Positions 57,810 to 64,000 of a stretch of DNA of 64,000 bases are shown one piece after another. The stretch is taken from the NCBI GenBank assembly GCA_964639955.1, contig CAZXGJ010000004.1, positions 43,520-107,519 on the forward strand, given 5' to 3'. Position numbers and translations under genes: made by a program. The DNA is from an uncultured Ignavibacteriaceae bacterium. Its GTDB lineage: Bacteria > Bacteroidota > Ignavibacteria > Ignavibacteriales > Ignavibacteriaceae. Every line of letters starts with the position of its first letter. Position 1 is the first letter of the stretch. Below the pieces are notes generated by a model. The model worked only from the letters and a program-made list of their open reading frames with translations. It searched no databases and was not told the origin of the DNA.

Positions 57810-58994
57810 TTATTTCTTTAGGTAGGAAGATGGTTTGAGCCAGGAATTCTTAATAGCTATCCAATCTAAATATTGCTGATTATCTGTCTGTTTTAATCGG
57901 AACAGATATTCAATAATAAGAACTACAAGGTATGTGAGGATAAAAGCTAAAGCAATCGCCACGATAACGATAATGGACCTTCTAGGCTTAGACTTATAGT
58001 CAGGGGGAACGGCTTTATCAATTACTTCAATTGAAGGTGTGTCCTGTAGAAGTTTCAATTTTGCTTGTTCAAGCTGTGGCAGTATGAATTCCTGGAGTTT
58101 TGACTGCAATAAAAAATTTGAGTAAAGCTTCGCATATTCTTTCCCAATCTCTGGTATTTTTTCAAAAGGCACAAAAAGGGATTTGAATGGTTTTTCTTTG
58201 TCAGCGGTATTCTTAGATTTTATTTTGAGAAATTCATCCTCCAAACTTTGAAGTTCAGTTCTGCTAGAAACTGAGTATGGATGTTCTTTACCTAATAAGT
58301 TTTCATAAGAGTTTAGCTCTGCTTTTTTCATTATTAATTCAGCCTCTATATCTGCTGCTGCATTCATTAATGCTTTTGTTTGCTCTGTAAATTCAATGAT
58401 TCCATATTGTTTTTGAAAATCGGCCAGTCTATCCAAAAGACTATCCAAGGTTTCAACACTCTCGAGATACCTCTTTTCTATTATTGATTTTTCTAGTTCA
58501 GTAACTTGCAGAGATAACTTAAGAAATCTTTTACCTAACTCATCAACAATATAATTCACAATTTTAGCTGCTTGAGTTGAATCTGTATACTGGTATGAAA
58601 TCTCAATCATATTTTCTTCAGTAGGCTGCACATCATAATCCGAAAAAAAATCCTTCAAAGTTTCTTCCATAGTTTCTCTCTCATAAAAATCCATCAAATT
58701 AAATTGCCTGATTACATGGGTTGCTAAACTTCTGCTTTTAAGAATTGCCATGTATGTGAAATCTTCGCCACCTCCAACTCCCAAATTTATTCCCAATCCA
58801 CTTAACGGCAATGATCCCAGAAGCCCTGCCAATCCACTCGAAGCCCCCTTTCCTGTAGGTGGTTTAACAATTGCTGAGGCCTTATACCAATTTGGTAGAA
58901 ACAGACTAACTACAACAGATAAAATAGTTACTATAACTATATTTATTATAAACAATTTTCGCCATTTAGTTATGAGTTTTAAGAATTTTAGCAT
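57810..58994 (-). CDS. Chain-length determinant (Wzz/GumC-like) protein without kinase domain
   Basis: 394 aa. An N-terminal TM helix followed by LPNWYKASAIV, a long coiled-coil periplasmic part, and a C-terminal PKPRRSIIVIVAIALAFIL TM helix. Confidence 0.75.
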   Translation of the reverse strand: MLKFLKLITKWRKLFIINIVIVTILSVVVSLFLPNWYKASAIVKPPTGKGASSGLAGLLGSLPLSGLGINLGVGGGEDFTYMAILKSRSLATHVIRQFNLMDFYERETMEETLKDFFSDYDVQPTEENMIEISYQYTDSTQAAKIVNYIVDELGKRFLKLSLQVTELEKSIIEKRYLESVETLDSLLDRLADFQKQYGIIEFTEQTKALMNAAADIEAELIMKKAELNSYENLLGKEHPYSVSSRTELQSLEDEFLKIKSKNTADKEKPFKSLFVPFEKIPEIGKEYAKLYSNFLLQSKLQEFILPQLEQAKLKLLQDTPSIEVIDKAVPPDYKSKPRRSIIVIVAIALAFILTYLVVLIIEYLFRLKQTDNQQYLDWIAIKNSWLKPSSYLKK

Positions 58995-59222
58995 TTCAAC
59001 TTTCAGTAATGATTGAAATAAACCTGTGAGGGAATAAAAATATGCCTACAATACTTTAATTATTTGAGGTGAAAAAATCCTTTTTTGACATTCTCACATT
59101 TTTTTATATTTTAACCGGCAGAAATTTAAGAGTATTAATAAGTCAATACAATTATAGAAAATTTGCTACTGTAATAAAAAATAAATTTTAAGAACTATTT
59201 ATTACCACAGCAGCAAATTAAC

Positions 59223-59256
59223 GCCGATTCAGCGATATACTGTGGTCGGCTTTTTT
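59223..59256 (+). terminator. Terminator-like hairpin with T6 inside a divergent intergenic region
   Basis: GCCGA (59223-59227) pairs with TCGGC (59246-59250), followed by TTTTTT (59251-59256). No plus-strand gene lies upstream of it. Confidence 0.45.
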
Positions 59257-59348
59257 ATTAATATGGAACTTAATACGGAGGTGTTACTTCTAAATATCTT
59301 GATACCAAATAAAAAGGCAACGCTATCCATTCACAAAAAAAAGGAAAG

Positions 59349-59603
59349 ATGGAGATGAAAGAAATAAGAGCAAAAATAGAAAACCCTCTGGCTGAACTGA
59401 TCAGCGATGAAATATTCGAGCTGCTGGAATCTCACGGTTTAATTGATGAAAAAGCCGTGCGGGATTACCAGATCAGGAAAAAATTCAAGCAGCTCAGGGC
59501 TAGTAAGATAAGTGCGGGAGACGCAATCGATTCTATAAGGGAGGAATATCCCTATCTCCAGTTTGATACTATTAGAAAAATAGTATATCAAATCAGTAAG
59601 TAG
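59349..59603 (+). CDS. Small protein with Mor/sigma-r4-like HTH C-terminus (putative regulator)
   Basis: 84 aa. RDYQIRKKFKQLRASKISAGDAIDSIREEYPYLQFDTIRKIVY resembles Mor-type HTH layouts (RD..I...F....S...AI..L...Y.LS..TIR.IV). It is divergent from the glycan locus. AAGGAAAG lies upstream of the ATG. Confidence 0.4.
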   Translation: MEMKEIRAKIENPLAELISDEIFELLESHGLIDEKAVRDYQIRKKFKQLRASKISAGDAIDSIREEYPYLQFDTIRKIVYQISK

Positions 59604-59646
59604 TAAATGCTTGACAAATAGCACTTATCATATTTATATTTCTTTT

Positions 59647-59691
59647 GACTCTTTCAAAGGGTTCTCCCCTGCCCTTTGAAGTATCAGAGTC
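59647..59691 (+). ncRNA. Long perfect hairpin (candidate small RNA or first of two tandem terminator hairpins)
   Basis: GACTCT-TTCAAAGGG (59647-59661) pairs with CCCTTTGAA (59672-59680) and AGAGTC (59686-59691). That is 15 bp of pairing with one 5-nt bulge. Confidence 0.4.
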
Positions 59692-59692
59692 G

Positions 59693-59728
59693 AGCCCAGT
59701 GGTCCCCCATCGCTGGGCTTTTATTTTA
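59693..59728 (+). terminator. Intrinsic terminator
   Basis: AGCCCAG (59693-59699) pairs with CTGGGCT (59713-59719), followed by TTTATTTTA. Confidence 0.65.
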
Positions 59729-59743
59729 TAAAACGGAGTTATT

Positions 59744-60040
59744 ATGGCAAAAAAAGTTTTAAGAAAACAAACCAGGCAGATTAAAAAGGCAAAAGCATCT
59801 CCTTTCAGTATATACTGGGAAAAACAAAACTATTACCTTTTAATTTTAGGTTTAATTATAATTGCTGTCGGGTACTATTTTATGACAATCGGACCATGGA
59901 ATAGTTTTTCATCCCTTGTGATTTCTCCGATAATTCTTTTTATCGGTTACGTTGTAATTTTCCCTCTTTCAATTTTTCTTAGGAAGAGATCTGCCAAGGA
60001 AACACCAACAGAAGAAAAAGATGCTTCTGGCCAAAGTTAA
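59744..60040 (+). CDS. Small two-TM membrane protein (DUF3098-like)
   Basis: 98 aa. A basic N-terminus is followed by F..YWEKQNYYLLILGLIIIAVGYYFM and a second TM helix. This resembles DUF3098 proteins of Bacteroidota by eye. Confidence 0.5.
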   Translation: MAKKVLRKQTRQIKKAKASPFSIYWEKQNYYLLILGLIIIAVGYYFMTIGPWNSFSSLVISPIILFIGYVVIFPLSIFLRKRSAKETPTEEKDASGQS

Positions 60041-60314
60041 GGGGAACCTGGTTTCCACTCAGAAAAATTCAAACCTTACCGGGCATAAGCTGCTGCTTGT
60101 TCATCCTATAGATTTAAATAGCAATTATATCGGGAAAAATGATGTTGTTGCAATCGATATCGTTGACGCAGGCATCGGTGATACAGTTCTGTTAGTTCAG
60201 GAGGGAAAAGCAGTTCAGCAGATTCTCGGGCACCGGAATGCACCTGTCCATTCTGTGGTGGTGGCAGTTGTGGATTCAATTGATGTGAACAAAAAGTACA
60301 CTTCACAAAAATAA
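60021..60314 (+). CDS. EutN/CcmL-family bacterial microcompartment vertex (BMC-P) protein homologue
   Basis: 97 aa. MLLAKVKGNLVSTQKNSNLTGHKLLLVHPID...VVAIDIVDAGIGDTVLLVQEGKAV...VHSVVVAVVDSIDV aligns along its whole length with E. coli EutN (MKLAVVTGQIVCT...DKLLMVEMID...AVAIDNIGAGTGEWVLLVSGSSAR...IGIVDEV). Confidence 0.85.
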   Translation: MLLAKVKGNLVSTQKNSNLTGHKLLLVHPIDLNSNYIGKNDVVAIDIVDAGIGDTVLLVQEGKAVQQILGHRNAPVHSVVVAVVDSIDVNKKYTSQK

Positions 60315-60326
60315 ATCTTCTCTTAA

Positions 60327-61448
60327 GTGAGCAAGCTTAATTTTGAACAACTAACTGACCTGTATCTGCTTTTATCGGTTGAGGGAATCGGGCCGGGCAA
60401 ATTGAGAAATCTTCTCGCAAAATTCAGAAGCACAAAAAATATTCTCGCCGCAGATTACCAGTCACTAATGAATGTTGAAGGAATCAGCACCAACCTTGCT
60501 AAAAGAATCAGAAAAGCATGTCACGAACGAGATGAGACAGAAAAATTCACTGAAAAGGAATTAAAGAAATTAGAAAAGCTTGGTGGTAAACTCATTACAA
60601 TCTGGGATCAGGAATATCCGCCACTTCTAAAAAAAATTTATGACCCACCGATATTGTTTTATCTACTTGGTGATTTTACTGAAAGCGATCAATACTCAAT
60701 TGCGATAGTTGGAACACGGCAGCCAACTAATTATGGTAAAGTTCAGGCAGAGAAAATTTCAATCGAACTCGCTAAACAGGGAATAACTATTATCAGCGGA
60801 ATGGCAAGAGGAATTGATTCAATCGCTCACAATGCTGCGATAAAATCAGGGGGCAGAACCATTGCAGTTGTCGGAAGCGGATTAGATGTTATTTATCCTG
60901 CTGAAAACAGAAAACTTTTTGAAAAGATTGCTGAGACAGGTGCGGTTGTTAGTGAATTTTCACTCGGCACAAAACCTGATGCACAAAATTTTCCCAGACG
61001 TAACAGAATAATTTCTGGGTTAAGTCTTGGAGTGATTGTAATTGAAACCGGCGCTACTGGTGGCGCAATGCAAACAGCCGCATTTGCGCTTGACCAGAAC
61101 AGGGAAGTTTTTGCCCTGCCGGGAAATGTTGGCGTAAGACAATCAGACGGTACAAATCTTTTAATTCAAAAATCTGAAGCTGAGCTAATCACTTCTGCTG
61201 AGGATGTGATAAATGAACTGGGATTGAAATTAAAACCTGTGCTTGGCAAGAATATTCCAAAGCAGCAGGTTGATCTGAGTTTATTTGAAGAGAAGATTAT
61301 AAATGTAATGAACTCCGAACCTCTTCACATCGATAAAATTGCTTCTCTGGCTAATCTATCAACCTCTGATAGTCTGGTAAATTTACTTTCTCTTGAGTTT
61401 AAAGGATTGGTTAAGCAGCTGCCGGGGAAAATGTTTGCGTTACTTTAG
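60327..61448 (+). CDS. dprA: DNA-processing protein DprA (Smf)
   Basis: 373 aa with a GTG start. IAIVGTRQPTNYG, SGMARGIDSIAHNAA and FPRRNRIISGLS. A C-terminal winged-helix-like tail is present. Confidence 0.9.
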   Translation: MSKLNFEQLTDLYLLLSVEGIGPGKLRNLLAKFRSTKNILAADYQSLMNVEGISTNLAKRIRKACHERDETEKFTEKELKKLEKLGGKLITIWDQEYPPLLKKIYDPPILFYLLGDFTESDQYSIAIVGTRQPTNYGKVQAEKISIELAKQGITIISGMARGIDSIAHNAAIKSGGRTIAVVGSGLDVIYPAENRKLFEKIAETGAVVSEFSLGTKPDAQNFPRRNRIISGLSLGVIVIETGATGGAMQTAAFALDQNREVFALPGNVGVRQSDGTNLLIQKSEAELITSAEDVINELGLKLKPVLGKNIPKQQVDLSLFEEKIINVMNSEPLHIDKIASLANLSTSDSLVNLLSLEFKGLVKQLPGKMFALL

Positions 61449-61461
61449 GGCCTCTCCCAAA

Positions 61462-61480
61462 CCCTCTCCTAAGGAGAGGG
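61462..61480. terminator. GC-rich hairpin between convergent dprA and rarA
   Basis: CCCTCTCC-taa-GGAGAGGG (8-bp stem), sitting in the 34-nt gap between the two stop codons. Confidence 0.5.
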
Positions 61481-61482
61481 CT

Positions 61483-62790
61483 TTAATACCTTTTTCTATC
61501 TTTCCATAATGCTTTAAGTCTTTCTTTTAGATTTTTTTCCTGTCCGTTATCAGTTGGAAAATAGAACTGTTTACCATTCATCTCTTCCGGAAAATATTTT
61601 TCTATTAAAAAATTATTATCGTAATCGTGAGGATATTTGTATTTATCACCGTATCCTAGTTCTTCCATCAATTTGGTAGGTGCATTGCGAAGATGATTTG
61701 GAACCGGGTATAATGGCTGCGTTCTAACTTCCTGTTCAGCTTTTGAAATTCCAATGTACGATGCATTACTTTTAGGAGAGGAAGCTAAATAAGTTGTACA
61801 TTGTGCCAGTATAATTCTCGCTTCAGGCATTCCGATTTTTTCCACTGCGCTGAATGCTGCTTCAGCTAAAACCAAACCATTTGGCGAAGCATTACCAATA
61901 TCTTCTGAAGCAAGAACAATTAATCTTCTTGCGATAAACAAAGGATCCTCTCCGCCTTCAAGCATTCGTGCCAGCCAATACAGTGCAGCATCAGGATCAC
62001 TCCCACGAACACTTTTTATAAAAGCCGAAATTAAATTGTAATGTTCTTCGCCGCCTTTGTCATAAAATATATTTTTCCTCTGAATGATATTATCGAGAAG
62101 CTCTTTTGTAATCAGAATTTTTTCCTGATTGATTTCCTGCATAACAGCAGATTCAATGATACTAAGCATAATCCGCGCATCACCACCGGATAGATAAAGC
62201 AGGTAGTCTTCATCTGCAATTTCAATATCCAATCCGGAGATGAACTCGTCCTTCAAAATTGCACTATGTAAAATCTTGTGCAGTTCATTTTTCGAAAGTT
62301 CATTCAGGACATAAACTCTTGCTCTTGAGCGAAGAGCAGGTATTACTTCGAATGATGGATTTTCAGTTGTTGCACCAATCAGTACTATCAAGCCGGTTTC
62401 AACCGAATGAAGCAATGCATCCTGCTGTGCTTTGTTGAAACGATGAATTTCATCGATAAAAAGAATTGTGCGAAGTCCAAGACTTTTATTATGCTCTGCA
62501 ATCTGGATAACATTACGAACTTCTTTTACACCAGCAGATACAGCACTTATCTGGTAAAACTTTGAATCAGTTTCTTCTGCGATTATTTGTGCGAGAGTTG
62601 TTTTGCCTGTTCCGGGAGGACCCCAAAGAATGAACGGACTGATATTTTTATTTTCTATCATCAGCCGGATTGGCTTACCTTCACCGACAAGATGTTCCTG
62701 TCCGTGAAACTCAGCCAGAGATTTTGGTCTTACCCGGTCAGCAAGCGGTGTAGAAGGAATTTTTGATGTGTCACTCTTCTTCGACTTCAA
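61483..62790 (-). CDS. rarA: Replication-associated recombination protein A (MgsA/RarA AAA+ ATPase)
   Basis: 435 aa. LWGPPGTGKTTLA, LFIDEIHRFNK and the C-terminal MgsA domain DPDAALYWLARMLEGGEDP. Confidence 0.95.
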   Translation of the reverse strand: MKSKKSDTSKIPSTPLADRVRPKSLAEFHGQEHLVGEGKPIRLMIENKNISPFILWGPPGTGKTTLAQIIAEETDSKFYQISAVSAGVKEVRNVIQIAEHNKSLGLRTILFIDEIHRFNKAQQDALLHSVETGLIVLIGATTENPSFEVIPALRSRARVYVLNELSKNELHKILHSAILKDEFISGLDIEIADEDYLLYLSGGDARIMLSIIESAVMQEINQEKILITKELLDNIIQRKNIFYDKGGEEHYNLISAFIKSVRGSDPDAALYWLARMLEGGEDPLFIARRLIVLASEDIGNASPNGLVLAEAAFSAVEKIGMPEARIILAQCTTYLASSPKSNASYIGISKAEQEVRTQPLYPVPNHLRNAPTKLMEELGYGDKYKYPHDYDNNFLIEKYFPEEMNGKQFYFPTDNGQEKNLKERLKALWKDRKRY

Positions 62791-63061
62791 TTACAGTTTC
62801 ACTTTCACGTTTCATATTATACTTTTCTCTGGCAACCTGTTCCATCTTTGCCGGTATTTTTTTTTGGAGTGAATCGATTTCATATTTTAATTTTTCGTTC
62901 TCACGCTCTATCACATCAAGTTCGGTTTGCAATGAATCAACCTGGCTCTGCAAATCATAATATTTAATCACACCATATTCATTAAAAAATATATAGAGAA
63001 CACCGATAACTATGATTACAACGAATAAATAAAAAACGAATTTTCCTTTACCCTTAACCAT
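62771..63061 (-). CDS. ftsB: Septum formation initiator family protein (FtsB/DivIC-like)
   Basis: 96 aa. A single TM helix is followed by a leucine-zipper-like coiled coil (LQSQVDSLQTELDVIERENEKLKYEIDSLQ) and EKYNMKRESE. Confidence 0.75.
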   Translation of the reverse strand: MVKGKGKFVFYLFVVIIVIGVLYIFFNEYGVIKYYDLQSQVDSLQTELDVIERENEKLKYEIDSLQKKIPAKMEQVAREKYNMKRESETVIEVEEE

Positions 63062-63063
63062 TA

Positions 63064-63999
63064 CTACAATAACACCTGCTGAATAATTCTTTTTATTAAT
63101 TCTTCGAAAGAAATTCCAACTGCTTTTGCTGCTTTAGGAACAAGGCTTGTTGGAGTCATTCCCGGTAATGTATTCACTTCAAGACAGTATAATTCATTTT
63201 GATCAGACATTCTGAAATCAACTCTTGCATAACCTTCACAGCCGAGAGAATGAAAAGCAGTCAGCGCCTGCTGCTGAGCTTTCTTTGCAACTTCGTCAGG
63301 AATTTTTGCGGGAACAATATACTCACTCATACCGGAAGTGTATTTGTGTTTATAATCGTAGAAACCACTCCTGGGAATTATTTCAAGTACCGGCAAAGCT
63401 TCATTTAAAAGAATTGTAACCGTTAACTCTCTTCCGGGAATATATTTTTCAATCAATGCTTTTGAAGAATATGTTTGAGCAATAACAATTCCTTCTTCAA
63501 CTTCCGATTCATCCTGAACAATTTTTAAACCGACAGTTGAGCCCTGATCATTTGCTTTTATAATACAGGGAAATCCGAATCGCTGGTTTATTTCATCAGA
63601 AATCAGAATAGGTTCGAAGCTTCTTTCTTTGACAGTAAACCAATCTGCAATTTGAACACCGGCTTGTCTGAAAATCGTTTTCGACATATCCTTATCCATT
63701 GCCAAAGCGCTTGCAAGAACTTTTGAACCTGTGTATTTCATTCCTCTTAATTCAAGAAGAGATTGAATTGTTCCATCTTCTGCCCATTTACCATGCATTG
63801 CAGAAAAAACAACATCAACATCATCAAGCATATTTGAGTTTATTGCATCTATGCAATTGCGGTTTGATATTTCAGCAAAATCTTTTTCAAGGAAGAATTG
63901 TTCTTCCTCCTTCGGCTGGTTTAATCCATAAGCAGGATCAATAACTATTGTGGGATACTGAAGATTTTTTAATGCCTGAAGAATTCCTTTGCCAGACAT
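63064..63999 (-). CDS. ddl: D-alanine--D-alanine ligase (5' end outside window)
   Basis: ATP-grasp motifs are present: FPCIIKANDQGSTVG, ARVDFR, LEVNTLPGMT. The first residues seen (SGKGILQAL) correspond to roughly position 20 of typical Ddl, and the frame is open to the window edge. Confidence 0.9.
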   Translation of the reverse strand: MSGKGILQALKNLQYPTIVIDPAYGLNQPKEEEQFFLEKDFAEISNRNCIDAINSNMLDDVDVVFSAMHGKWAEDGTIQSLLELRGMKYTGSKVLASALAMDKDMSKTIFRQAGVQIADWFTVKERSFEPILISDEINQRFGFPCIIKANDQGSTVGLKIVQDESEVEEGIVIAQTYSSKALIEKYIPGRELTVTILLNEALPVLEIIPRSGFYDYKHKYTSGMSEYIVPAKIPDEVAKKAQQQALTAFHSLGCEGYARVDFRMSDQNELYCLEVNTLPGMTPTSLVPKAAKAVGISFEELIKRIIQQVLL

Positions 64000-64000
64000 T

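Noticed and set aside
59085-59111. A TTGACA ... TATATT pair sits upstream of the 59.2-kb structured leader.
   Set aside because: The spacer is only 14 nt, so it is not a credible sigma-70-type promoter as it stands. I kept only the downstream RNA-structure observation.
61449-61482. The GC-rich CCCTCTCC/GGAGAGGG hairpin resembles REP/MITE-like elements seen in other genomes.
   Set aside because: There is only one copy in 64 kb, with no flanking direct repeats. Its position between two convergent stop codons is fully explained by a bidirectional terminator.
1-64000. I searched for mobile elements, prophage genes, toxin-antitoxin pairs, restriction-modification genes or other defence genes, tRNA/rRNA genes and CRISPR arrays.
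   Set aside because: I recognised no integrase, transposase, recombinase, nuclease/helicase defence signature, cloverleaf-like GC-rich segment or spaced direct repeat. Apart from the glycan locus, the window looks like core chromosome.

Overview
This is an AT-rich, gene-dense chromosomal segment with about 60 CDS. Nearly everything between 7.8 kb and 59 kb is on the minus strand. T9SS C-terminal sorting domains, a PorV/PorQ-like porin, a GWxTD protein and an F-ATPase operon lacking atpDC point to an FCB-superphylum organism (Ignavibacteriota/Bacteroidota-like). That placement is an inference, not a search result. I recognised no rRNA, tRNA, CRISPR array, transposase or integrase.

Gene content from left to right:
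- LptF/G-type permease, DUF3467 protein and a TPR lipoprotein.
- A tight add / unknown / hutU / repeat-miniprotein operon.
- A short PGDH-like dehydrogenase.
- rplS-trmD-rimM-KH-rpsP-ffh.
- An M23 peptidase and bactofilin running into atpZ-atpI-atpBEFHAG.
- tsaC, a GT9 glycosyltransferase and an LpxL-like acyltransferase.
- An outer-membrane/T9SS block: BNR cargo, TonB-dependent receptor, 1189-aa cargo, PorV/PorQ-like porin, GWxTD protein.
- serA, trxA, a FabL-like SDR, dnaE and dut.
- A flippase, nadC, a thioesterase, a methyltransferase and accA.
- A ~14 kb Wzx/Wzy-type glycan locus (44.7-59.0 kb) containing a B12-radical-SAM enzyme.
- A small plus-strand block: HTH-like miniprotein, DUF3098-like membrane protein, orphan EutN/CcmL and dprA.
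- rarA, ftsB and ddl (5' partial at the window edge).

Most of the window is ordinary core genome. The candidates most worth a second look are:
1. The TonB-receptor / giant T9SS cargo / PorV-like triad.
2. An orphan BMC-vertex (EutN) gene overlapping a membrane-protein gene.
3. An HpnI/HpnJ-like GT2 plus B12-rSAM pair inside the glycan locus.
4. A GT2 fused to a catalytically gutted phosphoglycosyl-transferase scaffold.
5. A dUTPase whose conserved N-terminus has no ATG/GTG/TTG start.
6. A secreted 11-aa tandem-repeat miniprotein coupled to an orphan hutU.
7. Two structured intergenic RNA candidates near 59.1-59.7 kb.

All family assignments come from motif recognition by eye. No searches were run.
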